Made by a program: the position numbers and the translations under genes
The notes under the pieces: model-generated
What the model saw: only the letters and a program-made list of their open reading frames with translations
What the model was told of the DNA's origin: nothing
Databases searched by the model: none
Part shown: in pieces, positions 9,659 through 18,757 of the stretch
How the letters are laid out: every line of letters starts with the position of its first letter
Position numbering within the stretch: the stretch's first letter is position 1
Assembly (NCBI GenBank): GCA_030706385.1
Contig: JAUZOQ010000005.1
Span: forward strand, 832-64,831
Direction: 5' to 3'
Source: Bacteroidota bacterium
GTDB lineage: Bacteria > Bacteroidota > Ignavibacteria > Palsa-1295
Length of the DNA stretch: 64,000 bases

Positions 9659-10375
9659 ATGAACACACTACAGGCCAACGTGGAAGAAATTGTCGATCTA
9701 TTCGAAGAGCAAGGCGAAGTTACGGAAGAGACTTTTGCGCCCATTCCCGAGGCGCCACAGTCAGGAATCCCGTTATCGGACGATGACCGTCTCGATCTGG
9801 CTCTGGTTCGCGACTTTATCAGCGGACGCGACGATGCGTTTCTTGCACTATACGCTAAGTACGAAGCGCCCCTGCTGCATTATTGCAGAAAAATGTGCCC
9901 GGATCAGCGGGTTGCCGAAGATGCCTTCCAGGAAATCTGGACGATGGTCTTTGAGCTCCGCACGAAACGGACCGAGGTCGGCAGGTTCCAATCGCTTCTA
10001 TTCCGGACGGCTCGGAATATTTGCTTGAACGCAGTCCGCCGCGAATGGGTACGGACCCGCGGCAAAGTCGAACTCAAGAACACGCTTGCAAGCGTGACAT
10101 TGGATAGCCAAAGCGAGCAGGAAGAGATCAGAACATTGATCTCCCAGGCATTGGCAAAGTTGCCTATCGAACAGCGCGAAGTATTTGTTTTGCATGAATA
10201 CTCCGGTTTTAGTTACGGTGAAATAGGTGTCCTGTTGGGAAAAACAGAAAACAGCGTTAAGACAGTCGCTTTCCGTGCCCGGATCAGGCTTCGCAAGCTT
10301 ATTGCAAGCTGGCTCGGACTCACGGAAGACGAAGAAGGATCAGGTAAATCACCCTATCCGCCCAAACCACATTAG
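9659..10375 (+). CDS. ECF sigma-70 family RNA polymerase sigma factor
   Basis: Region 2 (AEDAFQE, LFRTARNICLN) and region 4 (LPIEQREVFVL..YSGFSYGEIG...SVKT..FRAR). Confidence 0.93.
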   Translation: MNTLQANVEEIVDLFEEQGEVTEETFAPIPEAPQSGIPLSDDDRLDLALVRDFISGRDDAFLALYAKYEAPLLHYCRKMCPDQRVAEDAFQEIWTMVFELRTKRTEVGRFQSLLFRTARNICLNAVRREWVRTRGKVELKNTLASVTLDSQSEQEEIRTLISQALAKLPIEQREVFVLHEYSGFSYGEIGVLLGKTENSVKTVAFRARIRLRKLIASWLGLTEDEEGSGKSPYPPKPH

Positions 10376-10387
10376 AAAGTTACGCCC

Positions 10388-11029
10388 ATGAATATTAGAG
10401 ACGAAGAACAGTTACAGCAATATTTCGAGCGTCAGATGACAAGCTCTCAGGAACAGAATTTCCTGATCAATGTCGCAGCACGCGATGACATGCGCCTTGC
10501 CTTCCGCTCGCAGCTCGAACTGCTCAAAGCCGTACGCGAAGATAAAGATGCTTCCGGCAGCCCCACGTTTGTTCGCTCGAAGACACTTGGAGCCCTCGGA
10601 CTTAGCGGTGCTCTCGTGCCATCTTCGCTGAAAGAGCAAGAGTCTCTGGCAGCAGTAGCTTCACCATCATTTTGGCAGAATGTCGGCGCCGCCTTCAGAC
10701 GTCCCATGGTATCGATCACGACCGGAATCCTGATGGGCATTCTCGGAACCGCTGTGCTCGCGCCCTCGAACGTTAATCCTACGCATGAAGGCGGACCGTC
10801 ATCGCCGGCGATCATCTCCACTCCAAGCGCTCCGGAAAAAACCGTAGCCCTTCCGGCTCCATCCGAGCCTGCGAAGGATCTGGAGAAACGATCGACAGCT
10901 CTTCATCATCCTATCACCCGGAAGCCGGTTTCTCAAACAGAGAAAGTACCGGTCGTCAACAATACGAAGCCGGGCACGATAAACGTAGACAACACGCTCC
11001 AAAAACCAGGAGAATCTGAGAAGAAGTAA
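10388..11029 (+). CDS. Probable single-TM anti-sigma factor with Pro-rich tail
   Basis: Follows the ECF gene; N-terminal helical ASD-like segment, one TM, low-complexity C-terminus. Confidence 0.7.
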   Translation: MNIRDEEQLQQYFERQMTSSQEQNFLINVAARDDMRLAFRSQLELLKAVREDKDASGSPTFVRSKTLGALGLSGALVPSSLKEQESLAAVASPSFWQNVGAAFRRPMVSITTGILMGILGTAVLAPSNVNPTHEGGPSSPAIISTPSAPEKTVALPAPSEPAKDLEKRSTALHHPITRKPVSQTEKVPVVNNTKPGTINVDNTLQKPGESEKK

Positions 11030-11051
11030 ACATACCTCCCGTTAGTACTAA

Positions 11052-11081
11052 GGAAAAAGGGGTGCTTGCATCCCTTTTTCC
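11052..11081. terminator. Symmetric hairpin (possible bidirectional terminator/attenuator)
   Basis: GGAAAAAGGG-GTGCTTGCAT-CCCTTTTTCC. Confidence 0.6.
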
Positions 11082-11191
11082 GTATTCGGAGCAGCATGCA
11101 GATCCATCGGTACTCCCACCGATGGCGCTGGCGAACTTTCTTCTGCTCCACTGCCTTTTTATAGTGGGTTAGGCCGGTTGGGATTGGCTGT

Positions 11192-13339
11192 ATGACACAC
11201 AAGAAACGAACGGGGAACAAGGGACTCCAAGTCCTTCATCATCACGGATATCCGAAGATCGCGAGTCTCGTTCGGTTAGGTCTGCTCTTATCATTTTTTT
11301 TCGTATCCGATCTGAGAAGCCAGGAAGCCCGGCGAAGTGTTCGCCTCGGAATTGGCGGAGGGTTCGGCTCGAATATCTCTCGCACCTATATCGAAGCGTA
11401 CGCCGGAGATATTCCATGCGGAGTTTTTGAAAAAGGGTCTGCGCCCGGAGCGTCATTTTTTGGACTGGCGGAAATTCCGCTCCCCTTCGAACATTTTTCA
11501 CTCATGCCACAGATCGGCTATCACGATCTGAGTTCATCGTTCGTCACGCAGCCCTTCGCGATCGAGCATGCAGCCGATATTGCGCACGACTCCATCACAC
11601 AAATTTTCCGAACGCGAAATTACTCGGCAAACATCAAGACTATTTCACTGAATCTGCTTTTCGCATGGCGCCCCTTTCCGGCATTGCATCTTGCCGCAGG
11701 TCCGGGGCTTGCCATCGTTGCAAGCCATAGCTATGACCAAACGGAAAAGCTCCCTTCCGATTATGTCTATACGGAAAATTCCCGTTCGGTCCGCACGGTT
11801 TCAAGCGGAGCGATCGATACAAGACTTCTCGCAGCATCACTTGAGCTTGGTGCAGGTTATGATATTCCGATACGGCCGAATGTATCGTTAAGTCCGGAAT
11901 TTCGCGCCAGTATTCCGATCACTCCGATCACATCTGCAAGCGGATCAAACTACCGTACGTGGAGTTACGGAGGAGTTATTGCATTAATGTATTCACTACC
12001 GGCTCCTGCGGCGCCGGAGTATACTCCGCCTCTTCCTGTTTCGCCACCGCCTCCTCCGCCACCGGTTGCCGAGACGAAAAAAGAGGAGCCGACGCCACCG
12101 AGAAGCATTCTTCGGGTTTCGGTAAAGGCTGTGGGGAAGACGGAATCGGGTGATGAGGTACCGGAGCCCGTCATCGCGATCGAGAATGTTCGCATTACTG
12201 ATGTGGCTCCAACATTGAATTATTTGTTCTTTGATGACGGATCTTCCGAGATCCCGACAAGGTATCACTCCTTCTCAAGTGAGCGAGAGACTCAATCATT
12301 CGATCCTTCGACACTCTATACGCTCGATGCCCTCGGCATTCATCATGAATTACTGAACATCCTCGGCCGGCGCATGCAGGAGAAACCGGAATCAAAGATC
12401 ACGATCACCGGAACGCGCAGCCTGCATTCGGCCGGCGATTCGGCTGCAGCTTCCGATATCTCGTTGATTCGCGCCGAGCATACTGCAAAATATTTACAGG
12501 ACGTTTGGGGAATTGCGCCATCGCGAATCAGGGTCAGATCTCGTGCGCTGCCGGAGCAGGCCTCGGATGACAACGCTCCGGCCGGTCAGGCAGAGAATCG
12601 CCGCATCGAGATCACGACGAACACCCCTTCGCTTCTGGAGCCGATCGAAACGCATCGGATCGAACGCACAGCTACTCCGCCAAATATCGTCTTCAAATCG
12701 AATATCGTTTCGAGTTTTGCTGGCTTAAAGAGTCAGATCATTACCATCAAACAGGGCGGGAAGATCATCAAGACGATCGATGGCCTTGCCAGTAATCCTG
12801 GCGGTGAACTGCTTTGGGATATTGCCGAAGGTAATGCAATTGCGAATAAAGACTCGATCACTTGGCAGATGGATGTTGTCGATTCAGCCGATGCAACGGC
12901 ATCGGTGGTGGGAAATATCAATATAAGGAAAGAGGTTCGTAACTCCAGCAGGCATCTTGCCGATACGGCTGCGGATAAAAGCCTCGAACGCTTTCATCTG
13001 TTGCTCTTCGATTATAGCTCTTCGGCCGAGCTTGGCAGCATCTCCGATGAGATATTCGATCGCATAGCCAGTTCGATCACACCGGACTCGCGCGTATCGC
13101 TGATCGGCCATACCGATATTACCGGAGATCCGAATTATAACGAACATCTATCCTACGACCGCGCAAGCCGCGCGTCGCTCCTCCTTTCCTCGCGTCTGCA
13201 TAAGTTAGGTCATTCGGCTCCGGCTTTTAATCTCGAGGCGCGTGGAGCAAAAGATGTTCTCTTTGATAACAGCAATGCCGAAGGCAGATTCCTATCCCGA
13301 ACCGTGCGCATCACCATCGAAAGGGATCTGAATAAATGA
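11192..13339 (+). CDS. Outer-membrane beta-barrel + poly-Pro linker + two OmpA-like peptidoglycan-binding domains
   Basis: Amphipathic beta strands in the N-terminal third; PPPPPPP linker; GQAENRRIEI and IGHTDITG...NEHLSYDRA...GRFLSRTVRI motifs. Confidence 0.8.
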   Translation: MTHKKRTGNKGLQVLHHHGYPKIASLVRLGLLLSFFFVSDLRSQEARRSVRLGIGGGFGSNISRTYIEAYAGDIPCGVFEKGSAPGASFFGLAEIPLPFEHFSLMPQIGYHDLSSSFVTQPFAIEHAADIAHDSITQIFRTRNYSANIKTISLNLLFAWRPFPALHLAAGPGLAIVASHSYDQTEKLPSDYVYTENSRSVRTVSSGAIDTRLLAASLELGAGYDIPIRPNVSLSPEFRASIPITPITSASGSNYRTWSYGGVIALMYSLPAPAAPEYTPPLPVSPPPPPPPVAETKKEEPTPPRSILRVSVKAVGKTESGDEVPEPVIAIENVRITDVAPTLNYLFFDDGSSEIPTRYHSFSSERETQSFDPSTLYTLDALGIHHELLNILGRRMQEKPESKITITGTRSLHSAGDSAAASDISLIRAEHTAKYLQDVWGIAPSRIRVRSRALPEQASDDNAPAGQAENRRIEITTNTPSLLEPIETHRIERTATPPNIVFKSNIVSSFAGLKSQIITIKQGGKIIKTIDGLASNPGGELLWDIAEGNAIANKDSITWQMDVVDSADATASVVGNINIRKEVRNSSRHLADTAADKSLERFHLLLFDYSSSAELGSISDEIFDRIASSITPDSRVSLIGHTDITGDPNYNEHLSYDRASRASLLLSSRLHKLGHSAPAFNLEARGAKDVLFDNSNAEGRFLSRTVRITIERDLNK

Positions 13340-16300
13340 CAAAGCTCTTCATATCCTGCCGAATCTATCGAGCGGAAAAAAGAATTGCTTTTCTTTTCGC
13401 TTGCCTAATGTTGCTCGTGGCCGGTAACAGCTTCGGGCAATCGTGCGAGAAAAATATGCTCGTTACTCCGAATGCAAGTTCATATGCCGTGATCCCGAAT
13501 CCCCGCGGTATCTCACTTCCGGGAGCATTCACGATTGAGTTCTGGGCGCTTTCCTCTTCATTCGCTCCGCATGCAGGACTCGTCGAGCAAGCAAATAACG
13601 GCGATACCGGAGCCTTCAGCATCGGTTTTACGTCCGGCGATTCGATCGGAGTATCGCTTCGGCTCAACACCGGCATCACGAATCTCGCAACTCCGAACAT
13701 TGCCGATATCCAGCTATGGAATCACTATGCCGTAACGTTCACGCCTGGCGATAGCATTCGGATCTATGTTAACGGAATTCTGAAAGCGTCAAAGAAAACT
13801 ACTGCGGTGAATCTCATTGCTTCTTCAGATTCAATTTTTATTGCCTATAGCGAACTCTCGAAAGTTGTCTTCACGGGAAACATGGATGAACTGCGAATCT
13901 GGAGTGTTGCCCGGACCGGAGCGCAGATCGTTGCAACGATGAAGACTTCGCTTTCCGGAAAAGAAGCGGGGTTGAAGGCCTACTACAGTTTCGACGACGA
14001 TCCATCGACTCCGAACATTCACGATTTCACCGGAGCTAGAAGCGATGGCCTGATCCTCTCTTCAGCAGTGCTTGCAGCCTCCACCTCACCGGTAACCGGA
14101 ACAACGGCAAGCTATATGCTTGCATCGAAGGAATCCGCAATCGTATTTCCCGAACTCATCTGCGGCAATCAGACCGATACGATCATCCGTATCTTTAATC
14201 GCGGACAGCAAACTGTGCAGATCGATCCCGTCGGTTTCCGATTCGGTACGGTGTTCAGCGCATCGATTATCGGCTTTCCCCTTCCTCCGGATTCAACCCA
14301 TTTAGGCATTATACATATTCAGGCCAATGCTTCAAAGCCCGGGCTGTATCGCGACACGCTAATCGTCAAGAGCACAACAGTCTGCGGCGGTATCTTACTC
14401 ATTCCTGTAGAACTCACCGTTGCAAAGATTGCTATTGCATTCCAGGACTCTCTCTTCGATCTCCATTCGAACTTGCTTCCCTGCAACTTGCCGCTCCAGA
14501 GCCAGACATTCCTGAAAAATACAGGAACACGAACCGTTACCGTTAACCCGCTGAGTTTTTCTGCTCCGGCCGGAATTGTGATCACCAGTCCAACAACTTC
14601 ATTCGCGATCGCAGCAGGAGCTTCGCAGGAAATCAAGTTCACCGTTCAACCTGATGTCAGTGGACCGATCAATACGACTCTTACTGCAACGACGAATGAA
14701 TGTGCAGTTTCTGCAAAGATCGTCTTTAAAGGAGCACGTGTCGATCCGCAATTCAGCATTCCGGATCATATCGATCTTCCAACCGTTCATTTGCCGGCAA
14801 CGCCGACAACGATCGATACAACGATCTATCTCAAGAATACGGGCACATCAAATCTTTCAATGAATCCGCCGCTTGCGCTTCTGGGAAGCCCGGGATTCCG
14901 AATCCTCTCGCCGCTTTTGGCATTTATCAAACCCGATTCAAGTTTTGCGATCAGGATCCGTTTCACGACATCGCGTGAATGTGGTACATTCGAAACATCT
15001 TTGCACATTCAGGACCAGCTCGATTGCTCGATCGATACGCTCATTCCGATCTCGATCACCGTGCTCGGTCCTGACGTATCCGCTTCGGAAGGGATCTTCG
15101 ATCTTGGCGCGAACTGCGGCTCGCACGATACGACGATATTCCTTGTCAATCGCAGCGGCCTGCCTATCGTAGTCGGCAAACCGAACTTCAGCATCGATAG
15201 TGTGCTCTTCCTTCAGAGTGGAGTATTACCGAAGGCTCTGGACCCCGGCGATTCCGTTCCGATCACGCTGCGCTTCTCGCCGGCTGAGCCAGGTACATAC
15301 GGAGTCAACGCGCACTTCGCTTTGTACCCGTGCGGAGATCTGAACATCCATTTCAAAGGGACAATGGGAGTCGGACTAATCGGACTCAGCGATACAACAC
15401 TGAATTTCTGGACTGGCTGCGATCTCTCCACCGAGACAAGAAGAATCACGATCACCAATCAATGCGGACGGCCGATCACGATAACCGATACAACTTCAAC
15501 CGGCTCGCATACCTTCGTCGTTATTAGTCCGGCACTGCCTTTTGAGCTGGCAAATAATGAGAGCAAGGTGATCACCGTGCAATTTACTCCTCAACTGTTG
15601 GGCTCGCTGGAGCAAGGATCGATCGCGTTGTTCGATAGCGGATGTTTTGTAACCCGCTTCGATGTGCGCGGAGTGCGCGAACGATTGACGGTCCAATCGA
15701 ATCCGTCGATCGCAGAGTTCGGCACCGTATGCCCGGGACGGATGGGAACCGTTGGACTATCGCTGCAGAATCTCGGATACGGAGATGATACGGTTACCTT
15801 TTATCGTATTGTCGAAAAAGGCACTTCTGTTTTCAGCGCGACCAATGCTGCCGGAGCTGTGATCACGCACGGAAATTCGCGACAATTTACTGTGACCTTC
15901 TCACCGCTCGATACCGGTGAGTTTCTCGGCATTCTTGAACTCGTCTTCGCTCCGTGCGACGACACGATGTGGATCCCACTCCATGGCATTGGCGGACCGC
16001 CAGCAGCGCTCTCGCTCAGTACCGATATTCTCGATTTCGGTACGATCCGATTCGGATCGAGTGATTCTCTTTGCATCATATTGCAGAATCCGAGTTGCAT
16101 TAAGCTTCCGATCAGCGCCGACTCCCTGCATTTCGTGAAATCTTCTTTCTCGCTATTGCAAAGTTCGCTCGACCGGCTGCCTGCATCAGTTGATGGCAAC
16201 GATCCCCTGACACTGTGTTTTGATTTTATACCCGATTCCATCGGCTCATTCGAATCGACTGCTGATATTGTCATTGGAGATCAGAGAAAGCTTATTAAGT

Positions 16301-17937
16301 TGCGTGGTAGCGCGGGCATTAGCGATCTCTCCTTCGATACAACGTACTTCGATTTCGGAGATGTGCTTCGCGATCAGGCCGATACGCTTTCCCTTACGAT
16401 CGCAAATGCCGGAACATTCCCCGCATCGCTTGCAATTGGAACACTGCCTGCTCCGGATTTCACGATCACACCGAATGCTCAGACGATCGGCGGAAAATCT
16501 TCGAGAACCGATGAGATCATTTTCAAACCATCCGCTCTGGGATTGCAGGTAACATCGGCCGTTTTCAATTGGGAGAATCATTCGAAGACGATCTACATGC
16601 GCGGACGAGGGATCTTGCCAGGACTTCAATTCCCTTCCTCGCTTCTGGATTTTGGAAAAGTGCGTGTTGCAGATTCATCTACTCTTTCGATCGATGTCAT
16701 TAATAATCTCGACTCCGATAATGTCGTGATCGATAGCGTCTCTATCACCGGGAAGTTCAGCGTCTTGCCGCTCGGCATCCAGACCGTCGGCCCGCATAAG
16801 AGCATTTCGTATGCAATCAAATATAAACCCGATGCGGAAACGATTGATACCGGAACATTCGTCATTCATACGCAAAACTCCGGCGATGCCATTCTGCCGC
16901 TTCACGGACAAGGAATTCAGGCGCACCTGGTATTGAGCGCAAGGCTTGTCGATTTCGGAGATGTCGGTTTAGGGCAGATTAAGTATTACGATCTGAAGAT
17001 AACCGATTCCGGCGAGTACCCGCTTGCGATCACCGATATCAGCCGCAATGTCACGGCATTCGGAATCGGATCGACTTCAATCCTTATTCCGCCGCAAACC
17101 ACGATCGATTATATTCTGAACTTTGCTCCGCCGCGTGCAATACAATTTAGCGATTCGCTGCATATCACAGCCGATGCGCCGGAAACGAATACATCCGTTG
17201 CATTACGGGGCAAAGGAGTTTTCCAGCCGCTCGGCATTCCCGAAGTGTCTTATAGCATTCCCGACGAGTTCGCAAAGGTTGGCGATATTCTTGAGATCCC
17301 TATCAGCATATCCGGAAGTGACCTCCCGCTTTTTGATCTCGATAGTTTCTTTGTCGAGCTATCGTACGATCCAAGTGTCGTCTTCTTCCATAATTTCATC
17401 GATACGGCGCGCACGTTATCATCGGGATTTAGGATGAAGTTCGAGCGGCTGGCTCATGATAGCGTTATTCGTATCTCCGGCACCGGCAAGACGATCATTC
17501 CTTCGCCCGGAAGGTTATTCGTATTGCAAGCTGAAGCGCTGCTCGGCCCTCATGACTCGACACGCATCGTCGTCCAATCGAGCGATCCCAAGAATACGGC
17601 CGATCTGCTTTCATCGAGCGGTGCATTCATTGTGACCGATTGCGGTAACTACCGCGGCGGAGTTGTGGCGAAAGGAAATTATTCGGTCTCCTCAATCACG
17701 CCGAACCCCGCTTCAACAACAGCACATATCGACTATGAACTTGGCCTCACCGGCCGAGTGCATCTCGATCTTTTTGATCTTATGGGCAAACACATTCGAA
17801 CCCTTATCGACGAAGATGTGACGAAGGGCAAACACTCCGCATTATTCAACACTGAAGGAATTCCGAGCGGCGAATATGTTTATGTCTTCAAGAGTCTGGA
17901 GTACGAATCACGTGGCGCCATGGTCATTGCGAAGTAA
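13336..17937 (+). CDS. 1533-aa T9SS cargo: LamG-like domain, tandem ASH/choice-of-anchor-D Ig-like repeats, cohesin-like domain, type-A CTD
   Basis: FTIEFW..WNHYAVT..GNMDELRIWS (LamG); repeated LDFGxV...I.N.G...F.P...L.G.G units; KVGDILEIPISI..LSYDPSV (cohesin); ITPNPAS...LFDLMGK...SGEYVY CTD. Confidence 0.82.
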   Translation: MTKLFISCRIYRAEKRIAFLFACLMLLVAGNSFGQSCEKNMLVTPNASSYAVIPNPRGISLPGAFTIEFWALSSSFAPHAGLVEQANNGDTGAFSIGFTSGDSIGVSLRLNTGITNLATPNIADIQLWNHYAVTFTPGDSIRIYVNGILKASKKTTAVNLIASSDSIFIAYSELSKVVFTGNMDELRIWSVARTGAQIVATMKTSLSGKEAGLKAYYSFDDDPSTPNIHDFTGARSDGLILSSAVLAASTSPVTGTTASYMLASKESAIVFPELICGNQTDTIIRIFNRGQQTVQIDPVGFRFGTVFSASIIGFPLPPDSTHLGIIHIQANASKPGLYRDTLIVKSTTVCGGILLIPVELTVAKIAIAFQDSLFDLHSNLLPCNLPLQSQTFLKNTGTRTVTVNPLSFSAPAGIVITSPTTSFAIAAGASQEIKFTVQPDVSGPINTTLTATTNECAVSAKIVFKGARVDPQFSIPDHIDLPTVHLPATPTTIDTTIYLKNTGTSNLSMNPPLALLGSPGFRILSPLLAFIKPDSSFAIRIRFTTSRECGTFETSLHIQDQLDCSIDTLIPISITVLGPDVSASEGIFDLGANCGSHDTTIFLVNRSGLPIVVGKPNFSIDSVLFLQSGVLPKALDPGDSVPITLRFSPAEPGTYGVNAHFALYPCGDLNIHFKGTMGVGLIGLSDTTLNFWTGCDLSTETRRITITNQCGRPITITDTTSTGSHTFVVISPALPFELANNESKVITVQFTPQLLGSLEQGSIALFDSGCFVTRFDVRGVRERLTVQSNPSIAEFGTVCPGRMGTVGLSLQNLGYGDDTVTFYRIVEKGTSVFSATNAAGAVITHGNSRQFTVTFSPLDTGEFLGILELVFAPCDDTMWIPLHGIGGPPAALSLSTDILDFGTIRFGSSDSLCIILQNPSCIKLPISADSLHFVKSSFSLLQSSLDRLPASVDGNDPLTLCFDFIPDSIGSFESTADIVIGDQRKLIKLRGSAGISDLSFDTTYFDFGDVLRDQADTLSLTIANAGTFPASLAIGTLPAPDFTITPNAQTIGGKSSRTDEIIFKPSALGLQVTSAVFNWENHSKTIYMRGRGILPGLQFPSSLLDFGKVRVADSSTLSIDVINNLDSDNVVIDSVSITGKFSVLPLGIQTVGPHKSISYAIKYKPDAETIDTGTFVIHTQNSGDAILPLHGQGIQAHLVLSARLVDFGDVGLGQIKYYDLKITDSGEYPLAITDISRNVTAFGIGSTSILIPPQTTIDYILNFAPPRAIQFSDSLHITADAPETNTSVALRGKGVFQPLGIPEVSYSIPDEFAKVGDILEIPISISGSDLPLFDLDSFFVELSYDPSVVFFHNFIDTARTLSSGFRMKFERLAHDSVIRISGTGKTIIPSPGRLFVLQAEALLGPHDSTRIVVQSSDPKNTADLLSSSGAFIVTDCGNYRGGVVAKGNYSVSSITPNPASTTAHIDYELGLTGRVHLDLFDLMGKHIRTLIDEDVTKGKHSALFNTEGIPSGEYVYVFKSLEYESRGAMVIAK

Positions 17938-17984
17938 TCCGATTTTCTTCTTATCCCTTCTTCTTCTTCGTCCACGTTCAGTAC

Positions 17985-18019
17985 CTCAATTCTCCATTCT
18001 CCATTCTCAATTCCAGATT
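17985..18019. repeat. Five tandem heptamers (ctcnatt), STRR-like
   Basis: ctcaatt ctccatt ctccatt ctcaatt ccagatt. Confidence 0.65.
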
Positions 18020-18037
18020 CTCCCTATTTTTGCACCC

Positions 18038-18595
18038 ATGATATTAACCGATAAAGATATACTCGAAGCGATCGACGCGAAAACGATCGTCATTGAACCC
18101 TACCGCCGCGACTGTCTTGGATCCAATTCGTACGATGTTCATCTCGGAGCGACTCTGGCGATTTACAAGCCACAAGTCCTTGATGCACGCGAGCATAATG
18201 AGATCGAGTATTTCACCATTCCTCCTGAAGGTTACGTGCTGCGCACGGATACTCTCTATCTGGGAGTTACCGAAGAGTATACGGAAACGCATGCGCATGT
18301 GCCATTTCTTGAAGGCAAATCCAGCGTTGGAAGACTTGGAATTGATATCCATGCTACTGCAGGAAAAGGCGATGTCGGATTCTGCAATACGTGGACTCTG
18401 GAAATATCGGTGAAGCAGCCTGTTCGCATTTATGCCGGCATGCCGATCGGCCAGCTTATTTATTTCGAAGTCAAAGGAGATTGCCTCGTCCCGTACGCTA
18501 CGAAAGTTAACGCAAAGTATAATACGAGAACGGTGAAGCCTGTAGAATCCATGATGTATATGAACTACGACACTGCGGCAGGGAAGTGGAAGTAG
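18038..18595 (+). CDS. dcd: dCTP deaminase
   Basis: MILTD, SYDVHLG, EGKSSVGRLG, GDVGFC..TLEI, GQLIYF; start re-placed to 18038 (TATTTTTG at 18025-18032). Confidence 0.93.
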   Translation: MILTDKDILEAIDAKTIVIEPYRRDCLGSNSYDVHLGATLAIYKPQVLDAREHNEIEYFTIPPEGYVLRTDTLYLGVTEEYTETHAHVPFLEGKSSVGRLGIDIHATAGKGDVGFCNTWTLEISVKQPVRIYAGMPIGQLIYFEVKGDCLVPYATKVNAKYNTRTVKPVESMMYMNYDTAAGKWK

Positions 18596-18620
18596 GATTT
18601 TATGTTCGTATATTCGAAGT

Positions 18621-18757
18621 TAGGTAGTAGGGCTATTTCTCAAAGAGCGTCCTGAACGGATACAATCATGCTAAGCAACTGAACGATCCGGTCTCATACC
18701 GAGTCCATAATGAGCATGGTCTAAAATCCTGAAGCGTGTTTTTTAAAATCGAGAATC
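18621..18757 (+). ncRNA. Candidate structured leader or ncRNA (rod-like fold)
   Basis: Nested pairings TTCTC/GAGAA, GGAT/ATCC, ATCATGCT/AGCATGGT, CGGT/ACCG; TATATTCG box at 18609-18616. Confidence 0.35.

Noticed and set aside
17876-18037. N-terminal extension of dcd in the ORF track
   Set aside because: It overlaps the previous gene and translates the heptamer repeat. The family start MILTD at 18038 follows a promoter box.
18621-18757. 6S RNA
   Set aside because: It is rod-like but short, and lacks recognisable 6S sequence motifs and the usual zapA/ygfA/rny context.
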